DNA of 63,871 bases, counting the filler, from Reclinomonas americana ATCC 50394 (lineage: Eukaryota), in assembly GCA_048213135.1 (NCBI GenBank). It is 8 parts of 3 records of this genome, joined end to end, with 100 filler letters (N's around TTAATTAATTAA, not from the genome) between each part and the next. Parts side by side here need not be neighbours in the genome. Positions count along the whole stretch, not along the records: positions 21,215 to 35,236 come from PS015356.1; positions 35,337 to 41,441 come from PS015356.1; positions 41,542 to 50,367 come from PS015357.1; 5 more parts are not named here. One strand, given 5' to 3'. The notes beneath the pieces are model-generated. The model saw nothing but the letters and a program-made list of their open reading frames with translations, made no database searches and was not told the origin of the DNA. Both the position numbers and the translations under genes were made by a program. Each line of letters begins with the position of its first letter. Within the stretch, counting starts at the first letter, position 1. Shown here one piece after another: positions 30,201 to 43,600 of the stretch.

Positions 30201-31387
30201 GCGCTTTGGCGAGCTGGAAAACACCTTCAAGACACGCGACGAAGCACTCAAGGCTGCGCACCAGGAGCTGGCCACAGCACGCGAACAGCTGGCGGCCACC
30301 GTGGACGAGTTGACGCGCACCCGTGCCGAGCGCGATCAGCTTTCATCTCTGGTGCACGAGGTACGCGCATGCATCTCACTCCACTCGCACCGCGCTGCTT
30401 TCGTATTGACACACTCGCAGTCCGACATGCTGCTGACGGACATTCGGCAAACCACGTCGGAAGCCGAGTCGGCCCGCGACAGCGCGCTTGCCGAGGTCAA
30501 GGCTCTGCGCGAAAGAACGTTGCGTGTGTGTGCATGTGTGAAGAGAGCAACTGTGGATGGTGCTGACCGTACGTACTGCAGAGTCGCGCTGGAGCTGCAG
30601 TACGGCGTCGTAACGAAGGAACTGCAAGCGGCACAGAGTACTGTGCGCCGTCTCTTCCAGGTGCGACGCGCGCTCGCATGTATTTGCGTCGGCTAGTAGC
30701 TGACATTTGTGCAGGAGGTGAATGCTCAAATGTCGACCATGTCGCCTGGCGCCGCTCCGCTGTCCGCCGGCAAGGCGCAGTCGCCACCTACCTCCACCGG
30801 AGGCGCCACATCAGGTCGCACGCAGTCGTCGCCTCCGTCGGTGCAGCGCGTGATGGCCGCCGAAGGCAACGGAGCGTCGCCCGTCAGTGATCCCGACACG
30901 CGACCCACCGCTCCTGCCGTCCTGTCGCCACCCACGCGCTTCTCACCGCCGTCACCACACTCGCCACCAAGGTTGTACCAGGCTGTGGACCCGTCCGATC
31001 CGCTGGACGTGGCCGTGTCAGAGGTGTGTGTGCGGTGGCCGCGGGGTGGTTTCGTGAATAGCTGCTAACGTGCGTCGATTCCCTGTTCTTGTTAGGTGGT
31101 GCGCACGCTCCAGCCGACGCGACTACAGTTTACACGGTTGCGCCCGGGTGTCTACATGGGCGACCGAGAGCTGAAGCTGCGCCTGATCGACGGCGAGCCC
31201 ATGATTGTTGCGTGTTGCTGTCTACTTGTCTGATTTGTCTGTTTCTCTCTCTCACACATGTTGAGTGCACTCGCAGCGCAAGAAGAGTGGACAGGAGCCA
31301 CTCGCTTCCTACATTATGCGACGCGAGCTTGGCACACCCGCCGATGCGCTCTCCATGCTGGTTTGTCTGTTTCTTGGGCAGTCAGTA
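21214..31387 (+). CDS. Large many-exon protein: N-terminal Cbl/EF-hand-like segment, unknown middle, long coiled coil, Pro/Ser-rich linker, C-terminal GAS2-related (GAR)-like domain; may be more than one gene
   Basis: Regular ~60-80 nt GT-AG introns; AREFWRSRFG...VVLSEF and DGTVSLNEF (22150-22670); heptad-rich exons 28000-30660; DPSDPLDVAVSEV/VRTLQPTRLQFTRLRPGVY...LKLRLIDGEPMI...GQEPLASYI (30985-31320) resembles a GAR domain. Confidence 0.6.
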
Positions 31388-32078
31388 GCCAATGCGATAT
31401 CCACAACCAATCGTGCTGAACTCGCTGTGTTCGTTTGTGCAGTCGCAGTCGTCGCCCACATGAGATTCACGCGCATTCAGCCGTTTCTCCTCCTCCATCT
31501 TCTGTAGATTAGCTTCAACTGTAACAAAAAAGAAGTGAAAAAGCATGCATTCCGGAAATCTGTCTGTTCGTCGGTGAGACACACTTTTACTTCATTGTGG
31601 GAGAGGAAGAGAGTGAGAGATTGTCATCATGAGCTCACTTCATCGACAGGTGAGTGGCACGTGCCTCCACACACACCGAGAGAGAGTGGGAGGGTGCAAA
31701 TATTCGACGCACACAACACACACGCGAGACACACGACACCATCCTTCCTGTATCTCCGCGAAAAGACACTCTCGCACACACACGCGCGAACACACACCAC
31801 TCATACACACAGCGACACCCATCCGTCAGTGAGCATTCTCGCACTCACTCTCTCGCTCACTCTCTGTCGTCCGCACACACAGCTGGTACGCAAGAACTCT
31901 GGTGAGTTGTGTTTTTTCCATTTATGACAACACGGCCGCGTATTAACCCGCACACACACACTCACTCACTCACTCACACAATCACACGTGTCATCACATC
32001 CTCCCCCCGCACAGAGCAACAAGAAGACAGTTGCGGGCATGCTTGTTTTGTGTTGTTGTTTCTGCTGGTGTGCCACAG

Positions 32079-33059
32079 TCACTCACGATCACGCGCATTC
32101 TCAAAGTGCACGCGCAATTCGCCGCCATTGCCAGTGGGCAAGTCGACCTTGCGGGGGGCGATGATGGACCTGCGGAGGCTGTTATGGAGATTGTCGCCAT
32201 GGGTGATGAAAGCGACTGTGAATGTATGCAAGAGGATGATTCGCCGACGGCGGCGGCGGCGGCATCGGGCGCGCTCATGCGATCACGACGAGCACACGGA
32301 CACTCGCTGTCGTCGGATGGGCCGTCGCGAGGCATGCGGACGTCCACCTCGAACCCAGAGCTGGATAACGCGATAGGAGGCAAGCTCGGCATGGCGGGCT
32401 CGTCGTCGGGTGCGGCAACCGCGGGGGGTGGTGGAGGAGGAGTGCGTGCGTTCAAGAGAGGCCCGCCCGCGGCCAACACGGAGTCCTCGACGGCCGGTGC
32501 CGGTGCCAGTGGCTACAGCGTGCTTTTGTCGGCGGGCGACAGTGACATGTGTGGTTTCCAGACAGGGATCGGGGCGGCGGCAGCCGCAGGCACCGGCACC
32601 ACAACGCCCACGCCGTCGACGGAGCTCAACACCGACGCGGTGTCGTCGCAGGGCTCGTTTGATCGCAGCACACCGCGCCTGAGTGGCATGAATACACCAC
32701 CGTCGACTCCGGGACTGAATGGTGCGTCGCGATCACTGCCCGCTGTGCTATCATCGACTGCCATATACAGTATACTGAGTGTCTGGGGCGCACAGGATAC
32801 CCCGATCGCTCCTCCGGTGGTGCGTGGACTGCCGTGCCAATGCAGTACGTGGCCGGGCAAGCAGCGGCGGCGCGCGCGGCGGCCGAGGGCGGTGGCACTG
32901 TGGTGAGTGTGTGTTGTTGTACTCCTGTTCGGATTGATACACTATGGTGGTCGTCATCACTGAACACCGCTGCGCCGTGTGTAGCACGTGTCCGCCGACG
33001 CCATGATGAGGATGCTGGAGCAGATTGCACAGGAGCAAACCAACAGCTCGGTGCCTTGA
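32079..33059 (+). CDS. Hypothetical low-complexity Ser/Gly/Ala-rich protein; start uncertain
   Basis: GC-rich ORF (32031-32906 frame) with apparent introns near 32722-32795 and 32903-32983; no recognisable domain. Confidence 0.4.
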
Positions 33060-33746
33060 TCGGCTGGAAATGATACGGTGGTGGTGGTGATGGGGTGGTG
33101 GTGGGACGGAGCGGTGTACAGTACCTCTGATATATTTTTGTGCTTTCCTTTTGCCTCCCGCTCCCTTGGCGCAGCGTGTGTCTGCTCTGTGGCCACGAGA
33201 TTTCTCGCGCTTGCGATTGTTGTGTTAGTGTTTGTAAAGTGTCTGTGTACAAGTGTTGTGAGTTTTTCCTCTGTAATCATTTCAGCCTCTGCTGCGGGTC
33301 CTGCCGCTCTGTTTTTTGGTCGTCTTTGTATATGTGTTGTAGGTGTTCTTGGTGTACGTGTGTGTGTATGAAAGAGGGAGAGCGTGGGGAAGGACCGCTG
33401 GCGAATGTAGCGCGCGGAAGTGTACGATTGTAAGATCGATATCGTCGACACCTGTTTGCCAGCGACTTGTTGCAGCCAGCAGTGCACAGCACGCAGATCG
33501 ACCTTCACGATTGCCCGACAGTCAGAGATGGTGCTTCGCAGCTGCGGGCCTGAGGAGATGCAATAAAAACCAACGCATTCGTCAGAAGTGCGTTCTTATC
33601 CTTCTGCTACTGCTCTTCTGTGTTGTGTGGTCAAGTTGCAAGGGAGATTTCTCACCTTCTCGCCGAGACAGTGCAGCATGCAAGAGACGTGCGACAGACT
33701 GACTTCGAGTCCTGCTTGTCATCTCTTTCCTCTTCTGTTGACCGCC

Positions 33747-35557
33747 ATGTCATCAGCACCACCTCTCTTCCTCTGCAAGCGCCTCCAAGGCCACACGAAT
33801 GTGGCTCACGCAGTCGCCGTCTCCCCCGATGGCGCATACATTGTGAGCGGTGGTGGCGGAGACAACACGATTTTCGTGTGGTCGCTGGCGGCAAGTGGAA
33901 CGCCTGTGCGTCGTTTGCAGTCGCACGGGTGTGCGGTGTGGACTGTCGCCATAACTCCCNNNNNNNNNNNNNNNNNNNNNNNNNNNNNNNNNNNNNNNNN
34001 NNNNNNNNNNNNNNNNNNNNNNNNNNNNNNNNNNNNNNNNNNNNNNNNNNNNNNNNNNNNNNNNNNNNNNNNNNNNNNNNNNNNNNNNNNNNNNNNNNNN
34101 NNNNNNNNNNNNNNNNNNNNNNNNNNNNNNNNNNNNNNNNNNNNNNNNNNNNNNNNNNNNNNNNNNNNNNNNNNNNNNNNNNNNNNNNNNNNNNNNNNNN
34201 NNNNNNNNNNNNNNNNNNNNNNNNNNNNNNNNNNNNNNNNNNNNNNNNNNNNNNNNNNNNNNNNNNNNNNNNNNNNNNNNNNNNNNNNNNNNNNNNNNNN
34301 NNNNNNNNNNNNNNNNNNNNNNNNNNNNNNNNNNNNNNNNNNNNNNNNNNNNNNNNNNNNNNNNNNNNNNNNNNNNNNNNNNNNNNNNNNNNNNNNNNNN
34401 NNNNNNNNNNNNNNNNNNNNNNNNNNNNNNNNNNNNNNNNNNNNNNNNNNNNNNNNNNNNNNNNNNNNNNNNNNNNNNNNNNNNNNNNNNNNNNNNNNNN
34501 NNNNNNNNNNNNNNNNNNNNNNNNNNNNNNNNNNNNNNNNNNNNNNNNNNNNNNNNNNNNNNNNNNNNNNNNNNNNNNNNNNCAACAATGCGCTGGCCGT
34601 CGGGCGAGATGGCGACAGATCGCACCTCACCAAGCACGTTGTCCTCTAGCTGCAACACTTGCTCCCCGCTCGCCACGGACCACAACCGCACCGTCTTGTC
34701 CAAACTCCGCTCACAACATGGCGTCCATCGGGAGTGACAGTGACCGACGTCACCGCGCCCGTGTGGCCACGCATTTCCCGCACCTCCTTGCCAGTCGCCA
34801 GAGACCACACACGCACTGTTGCGTCCCAGCTCCCACTGACAACGTGAAGACCGTCGGGTGCAATGGCAACGCTGAACACGTGGCTGGTATGGCCCTCCAG
34901 CAGACGCACTTGTTGCCCGGTGGCCAGAGACCACACTCGCACCGCTCTATCTCGACCGCAACTCACGACAAGCTGACTGTCGGGCGTGGCAGCCACTTGC
35001 ATCACGTCGCCAGTGTGTCCAGCAAGCTGTCGAACCTCTTCTCCAGTGGCAAACAACCACACTCGCACCAACTTGTGGCTACCGCCACTCAGGATGTGTT
35101 GCCCGTCGGCCGTCACAGTCACAGTGAGCACCGTGTCTTCAGCGTCGCCCGTCCAGCACCGCACCTGTTCCCCGCTCGCCATCGACCACACTCTTATCGT
35201 CTGTATGCGATCGCAGCTCACAATGTGCTGACTGTCNNNNNNNNNNNNNNNNNNNNNNNNNNNNNNNNNNNNNNNNNNNNTTAATTAATTAANNNNNNNN
35301 NNNNNNNNNNNNNNNNNNNNNNNNNNNNNNNNNNNNCCGGCAGCTGGGATGCGATTGTGCGGGTGTGGTCCACGCCCGCTGGGCTCGCGCACGCAGAGCT
35401 TTATTGCGCACAGCAAGCCATGCATGCTGTACAAGAGGTGGCAGGGGACTTGCATGATTCGCGGTGTCTGCCAGAGCTCGTGCTCCGCTGTTTCATCGTG
35501 GAGGAGGCCGAGGTCGTGCTGCATCGGTGCTTCCCTGGCTCCGGCTTGCACCTGTGA
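33747..35557 (+). CDS. WD40-repeat protein rebuilt from 33747-33959(+), 35236-34583(-, inverted contig) and 35337-35557(+)
   Basis: GH...WS/WD repeats; in-frame joins AITP|DSQHIVS and SPDGQRIV|AGSWDAIVRVWS; one probable homopolymer frameshift near 34705 (SG/SLDKTVRLW). Confidence 0.85.
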
Positions 35558-35727
35558 ATCGCTTCCTGGCCCGCTCGACATCCACCTCCAACTGACGTGG
35601 TGCATTTCACAACGTCGACATGGGAGTTGGTTTTGTCCCCGGACCACTTGCTTTCTTCGTCGTTGTCACGCCAAGTGCGTGAGTGAGTGTGCACGTGCGA
35701 GCGTGTGCGTGTGTGTGGGCTTGCGTC

Positions 35728-37189
35728 ATGACATTCGCCAGTGCACGTGACCGTGCGAGCGTTCCGTTCGATATTGGTGCGTCCGTGCGCCTGTCCACTG
35801 CCAGCAACGCGGCCATGCACCTGGTTGGCGAACTGCTGGCCTCGGCTTCGCTCCCGTCGCAGCATCACCTCCTTGGCCATGCCCCCGACGAGATGTGTCG
35901 ACTGGAGGTGTCGGCGCCGGTGTCGCCAATGGCCCGTTCGCGGCAGTGCAGCATCGCATGCAGTGCCGACTGTCGACTGGCGGCTGTCGGTGCCGGCAAC
36001 GGCACAATTGTGCTGTGCGACACGCGCTCCGGCAAACCGCTGCCGCTGTTGCACCAGCAGCAACAACAACTGCGTGGTCATTCGCGCGACGTGACCAGTG
36101 TTGTGTTCAGCTCGTGTTCGCGCTTCCTGTGGAGTGCCTCGAGCGACTGCACCATTTGCAAGTGGGATGTGGCCAGTGGCAGCCAGCTGTGGCGTGCGTT
36201 CGGGCACACGGCGGCTGTCAGTGCGTTGGCGCTGTCCAGCGACGGGGCCGTGCTGGTGAGCGGCTCGGTCGACGAAACCGTGTGTCTGTGGCTGGCCGAC
36301 GGAGGCGCCCTCGTGCGATCGCTGCACGGACACCAGCGAATGGTGAGCACCGTGGCCACATCGCCAGCTGACCCACACGTGTTTGTCAGCGGTTCATTCG
36401 ACCACACGGTGCGCGTGTGGCACATGGGATGTGGCGACGGTGCGCCGCTCATGGAACTGCGAGGGCACGACGAAGCCGTCGCGACTGTGGCGGTGTGTCC
36501 CAGTGGCGAGCTGGTGGCCAGTGGAGCGCGTGACGGCATTCTCCGTCTGTGGTCGATGGCTGACGGCGGAGTGTCGCTGGCGTGCATTCGCGTGTGCGGT
36601 GGTTCGCTCCAGACCGTCGCCTGGTCGGGCTTCGATTTCGGTCGCCATCTAGTGTGCGCGTCAGCCGGTTTGTATCGATGTAATCAGTCGTCTTGCTTCG
36701 TGGTCCCAGTATCAGCCGGCTCACCGCCAAGAACACACAGATCTCTCCTTGCGGGTGCTGGCACTACGCTCAATGGCCACGGGAAACGCAGTGGCGGCGG
36801 TGACGGCGAGGGAAGTGGCGCGAGTGCGTGGGCACACCGCGTCAGTGAACGATTTGGTGGTGGCCAACGACGGCCGACTGCTGAGTGCCTCCTCCGACGG
36901 CACCGCCCGTCTGTGGTGCCTGCGGCTGCCGTCGTGGGGCGCACTGCTCGAGTGTCGCGCAGTGGCAGAGGCGGTCGACGCCGTCGAAGAGTTGCGGGAA
37001 GAAGAAGAGGAGGAGGAGGAGGATGCCGACTTTGACGATGAGTGCTGCGGCGGCAACAGGATGCCGCCCCTGGTGACCATTGTGCTGCGCTGCTTTCTGC
37101 TCGAGGACGCCTGCGTGCGCCAATTCCACCGACAGATGGACGAGGAGGAGGAACAGAAGAGGGAAGAGCGGGGGGAAGGACAGGAGTAA
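35728..37189 (+). CDS. WD40-repeat protein with acidic C-terminal region; one intron ~36668-36740
   Basis: LRGHSRDVTSV...SASSDCTICKWD, GHTAAVSAL...SGSVDETVCLW, SGSFDHTVRVW, GHTASVNDL...SASSDGTARLW. Confidence 0.88.
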
Positions 37190-37365
37190 AATGAGTGAGG
37201 AAAAGAGACAGACGAGGGATGCACTGCGTGCTGCGTGGTGGGGGTTTCTGTGAATTTCCTGTTCATTTGCGTGGAACAAGCGCAGCTGTACTCTCACTTC
37301 CCTCTTCAGCAAACACTGACACGCGCATCAGAGCACCGACACACATGCCAGAATCAGCAGTAGTT

Positions 37366-38434
<1,069 letters not shown>

Positions 38435-38512
38435 TGCTGAAACCACGCAGAAGTTTAAGTGAGAGCGACTTCCGTCGACCGAAGCAGGCGGTGGAATCCA
38501 ACCAAATCACAC

Positions 38513-39381
38513 ATGGCTTCCTCGGCGCCCGCGTTGGCCTATGATGGCACAGAGCAAGAGGCACGTGAGCGCATCTGCGAGCTGTGCCGCATCTTCTACG
38601 ACAAGGCACGTGTCTCTGTGTGAGCGTGTGTTGCAAGTTGTCACTGCTCAACTCTCTGCATGTGCAAACAGGGATGGGCCTCGGGGACTGGCGGAGGCAT
38701 GAGCATTCGATTGGCAGAGCAGCGCATCTTGGTGGCACCGTCGGGTGTGCAAAAGGAGCGCATTGAGCCGCAGGATATGTTTGAGGTAACAACAAATGCG
38801 CGCGGGAAAGCCACTGCTGCAGTTAGTTGTATGCTGAGTTGCGGCGCGCAGGTGAACCCTGCGGGTGACGTGCTGGCTGCGCCTGCCGGTAACCCGTGTC
38901 TGCGACCATCGGCGTGCACACCGCTCTTCCTGCACGCGTACAACAAGCGTGGCGCAGGTGCGGTGGTGCACTCGCACTCGCTGAACGCGGTGCTGGCCAC
39001 GCTGCTGTTTGAGGACGAGTTCCGCGTGACGCACTTGGAGATGATCAAGGGCATTGCGGGGCACGGCTATCACGACACGCTTGTGGTGCCGATTATCGAG
39101 AACACGGCGTATGAGCATGAGCTGGCGGACTCGCTGGGCGCGGCCATTGACAAGTACCCGCAGTCGTATGCGGTGCTGGTGAGGCGGCATGGTGTGTACA
39201 TTTGGGGCAAGGACTGGATCCAGGTGCGCAAGCGTGGCAAGCGAGCGAGGACGGCGTGTTGTTGCGACTCATTGTGTGAATGCAGGCCAAGACGCACGCC
39301 GAGTGCTACGATTACCTGTTCGAGGCCGCTGTGCGCATGCGACAATTGGGATTCGACGCCTCGCAGAAGCCGGCCGAGTGA
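38513..39381 (+). CDS. mtnB: Methylthioribulose-1-phosphate dehydratase (APIP/MDE1; methionine salvage); four exons
   Basis: [82 protein letters not shown]. Confidence 0.96.
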
Positions 39382-39457
39382 TGGCGTGGTGTACGTCGCA
39401 CACACACATTACAGTGATTCATGGTGGGCTTCTCCTTCTTCTGCTTCATCTCTGTCT

Positions 39458-40588
39458 CTATTCCATCAACACCACATCGCGCATACGCGTCGGCAGCATG
39501 GCCAGCTGGCCGTACTCCTCCGTGAGACGAATGAGCGTGCCGCGGAGCTGCCGATCGGCGCGATCCACCATAAAGTACGCCGCCTGCAAATCGCCGGCCT
39601 TGCCCACCATGTCGTACACCGCCGTCGTGTTGCCGGGTGTGTCGAGGCGACTCTCCTCCGGGCCCTCTGGCGCACGCAGCGCCACCTCCGAGTCGCGCAG
39701 CACACGGCGCACCGTTAGCAGCGGCGTCATCACCGCCAGCACCCTGCATTCAACAACACTGATCAGCATTGCCGGAGCTGCTTGTGCCACGTGGAGAACT
39801 AGACGCACTGGTACAGCGGCATGAAGACGGCCATCATCGGCGGATGGTGATGCGCGTGCCCATGTGCACACGCATGATCGTCGTGCTCATACGCCGACGG
39901 CGGCAGCACCTTCTCCTCTCCGTTCTTGAAGCGCACCACGACCTCGACCTTATCGTCCGGATCCTCCTCCTCGTGATGGCAATGCTCGCCGTGCACATGC
40001 TCCCCCTCGTGCTCATGCTCGTGCTCGTGGTCACAGTGCTCTCCATGCTCGTGGTCGTGATGATGGTGATGGTGGTGGTGGTGGTGGTGTCCATCGTCCT
40101 CTCCCGGAACCTTGAACTTGCTCATAAAGTGCGTCACACGCACCGACTCGGGCGCACTCACGTCGTCGCCACTCACAGTCTTCGGGTCCAACTCCACCGA
40201 CTGGCACACCGCCTGCCACTTGACTGCGCGCACACACATTGTCAGAGAGACACCACTATGGACGCGTGTCTCTCACACACACAGAGACACACACACCTGC
40301 TGCCTGCATGCGCTGCATGGCAGTGGGATCGTTCATCAGCTCCTCTGACGGCCTCTCACCCGCCTGCAAGCGCTGGAGGAGCGCAAGGTCGGCCTCTGCG
40401 GGGGCGGACACTGACTCGATCAGTGTGAGCTCCTTGACTCGGTCGCCGTCGCGCAGGCGCAGCTGGCCCTCGACGCGCACCACTCCCGGCACACCAGTCG
40501 TCACGTGCGCAGTGAAACCGGGAGCGCGCGCCCACCGCGACACCACTGCGTTGCACTCGTCCACAGGCACCTCAACCTCTGCGCTCAT
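39458..40588 (-). CDS. Hypothetical protein with a His/Glu/Asp/Cys-rich tract; probably three exons
   Basis: Linked ORFs 40588-40297, 40224-39808, ~39775-39458; tract GHHHHHHHHHHDHEHGEHCDHEHEHEHEGEHVHGEHCHHEEED and HDDHACAHGHAHHH. Confidence 0.7.
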
Positions 40589-40668
40589 TGCTTCGTGTTG
40601 TGACTCAAATAGTCGATTTGACGACTCGGAGTATTCATTACATAGTACTCTCTTATGCACAGGCGCTC

Positions 40669-43600
40669 TTACATCAGGCCGGGCACAATGCCGACGCTTG
40701 GTCTCCGCACAGGCGATGCAGGTCCCGCAGCATCGGTGCGGCTGTAGTCGTACGGAGGCGGCGAGGCTGTGTATGGCAGCGGACCGCCGGTGACGGGGTT
40801 GAAATCGCGACCGCGCGTCTGCAGCGACACCAGCTTGGCCTCGCGACGCGGGTTGTGTACGCGCTCGGAGAAGGCATCGACGGCCATTTGCTGCAGTGTG
40901 AACGTGGAGGGCGGTGGTGGCAGTGACGGTCGTCGCCGCGACTGGAACAGCTTGAACCCGGCATCGTAGAGGTTGTGCGGGTTGGCGTCGGCGGGTGGCG
41001 CGCCCAGCGGCGACGACGGACCCTCATCCGCAATGTTACGCGTCAGCGTCAACGTGCCCTGCACCGAGGAGCGATTGCGCGCAATGAATTCCCGTCGCAC
41101 ACCCGCACGCGCCGCCAGCATTGCCTGCTCCTGCACTCGCCGCTCGGCCTCGTCGCGGTACAACGGCGCCTGCGCTGCATCCTCCACGGGAGCCTCGCCC
41201 GCTGCGTTGTGGCACAAAAGTCAGGTGCGCTGTGTGTGTCCATGTGTAGAGCAGTACGGCTGCGCAACTGAGCACGCCCTCGGGATGCCGTCCGCGGAGA
41301 ATACGCTCCAGCTTCTGCTTCTTTCCATACGCTCGCCGCACCGTGGCCACCGCACGATTGTGCGTGATCTCATCCTCCACTTGCCGCCTCCACTCCGACG
41401 GCGACATGAGACGCACCTCGCCGGCACCAGCAGGTGACGACNNNNNNNNNNNNNNNNNNNNNNNNNNNNNNNNNNNNNNNNNNNNTTAATTAATTAANNN
41501 NNNNNNNNNNNNNNNNNNNNNNNNNNNNNNNNNNNNNNNNNGCTCCGGCGCCTGTGTGTTGACGAGTACGCCCTTGGCCAGCTGCGAGACAGCGTCAGTG
41601 ACCGCCAACACGAGACAGACACATTTCTATCGTAACCTCTGCTCGGATGCTCTTGGCCTGCACGTACAGCCGGACAGCCGCCGAGTACTTGCGTTGCGCA
41701 AGAAGAATGTGCGCCATGTTAGCCAGCGCCGTGGCAGTCCTGCAGGGAAAGCATTCGTTAGAGAGGGAGAGAGGGAGCGACAAGGACGGCAAGGCACTCA
41801 CGTGGCATGGTTGAGGCCGTAGGCGTGCTCAAAGATGGAGCGCGCCTTTTCGTACATTTCCAGTGCCTCTCCTAGGCGTCCCTGCTGCCGAAGCACGTTG
41901 CCAATGTTGTTGTAGATTGTGCCGAGAGAGGGATGATGCTGCGCGCACGCGTCAGCACGGAAGAGATGGATAGCGCACGGTAATCTCCACCAAGCGCACC
42001 TGCCCAAGTGTGTCTAGTCTCAGTCGCGCAAGCCGAAGGAAAATGGCCAGCGCCTCGTGGGTGGCGCCACTGAGCAAGTACACATTGGCAATGTCACACT
42101 CGCGCTGTTGTGCTTCGGGGTGGTCGTCGCCGAAAATCTATACAACAGGATAGGTAAGGACGTGGACGCACAACAACACAGAATACAGGATACAAAGCGC
42201 CTGTCACCTCTCGGCAAATGCGATGAGCCGTCTCAAACACGGCCAACGCCGGCTCCCACAACTCGCCATGAATAAACACCTCTCCAATCGCCTGCGAGGA
42301 AGTCAACGAGAATGAGAAGATGGCTGGCTGACCGACTGGTGCGTACACACCGTGTAGCACGCGGCCGTCTCCACGTGGTACGGGCCGTGAACTTTTAGCC
42401 GAATGTCCAGCGCCTTTTCGAAATTCAGCGTCGCCTCTTCCGGCTGGTTGGCGGCCAAGTACGTGTTGCCGAGAAGAATGTAACACGCCGCCACCGCCGT
42501 GTCGTTGTGTCCATGCAGCCGAATGCGCAAATCGAGTGCCTTGCGCTGCATCTCCAGCGCCTCGTCGTACATGCGCATGTGCTTGTACACAGTTCCCATG
42601 TTGTTGTAGCAGGTGGCCAGATCGGGGTGCTCCGTGTAGCCAGCGCACTCCAACAAACTGGCGCCGTGCTGGTAATGCTGCAGCGCCTTCTCCAACTCGC
42701 CCTGTTGCAGCAGACTGCCGGCGCGAGTGCACGATCAGCACGCGGAGGGGGTAAAATGAGGGAGGGGAGGGGGGGAGGCGAGGCGGGGGGGGCGACGCAA
42801 CATATTGCCGACATTGTTGTACAGAGTGGCCTGATCGAGATCGTTCAGCTCGTTTGTGGCCTGACTGGCCTCCAAGGAGCGCTCAAAAGAGCGCAATGAT
42901 CGCTGGTATAGACCCAAGCTACCGCAAACCATGCCTGCCAACAAGGGCAATGGTGAATCACACGGTTTTTATGGCGTGTGACTGGGAGCACGCACCTAGA
43001 TTGTTGAGGGCAGCAGCCGACTGCACGGAATCTTCACCAAATGCCCGCGTGCTGACCTCCACCAGTTTCTCGTACTCGGTGCGCGCCTGGTCGAGATTGC
43101 CGAGCAGTCGATGCAGGTACCCCGAATCGTTGTAGTACACCGACCACAGTGTCTCCCGCTCCGTGCACTGCGGACTGCGCTCGAGAATCACCTTGGCAGC
43201 GGCCAGCTGCGACTCTCTATTGACAAGGGGGTGTGAGCAAGGCACAGCAGAAGCAGCAGCAGCTACTGCATACAAGGACGCAACGCTTCACCCAGCTGAC
43301 CCATGNNNNNNNNNNNNNNNNNNNNNNNNNNNNNNNNNNNNNNNNNNNNNNNNNNNNNNNNNNNNNNNNNNNNNNNNNNNNNNNNNNNNNNNNNNNNNNN
43401 NNNNNNNNNNNNNNNNNNNNNNNNNNNNNNNNNNNNNNNNNNNNNNNNNNNNNNNNNNNNNNNNNNNNNNNNNNNNNNNNNNNNNNNNNNNNNNNNNNNN
43501 NNNNNNNNNNNNNNNNNNNNNNNNNNNNNNNNNNNNNNNNNNNNNNNNNNNNNNNNNNNNNNNNNNNNNNNNNNNNNNNNNNNNNNNNNNNNNNNNNNNN

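Noticed and set aside
33747..35236. Convergent pair of WD40 genes or a real inversion
   Set aside because: The fragments join base-exactly into one gene when the contig is flipped
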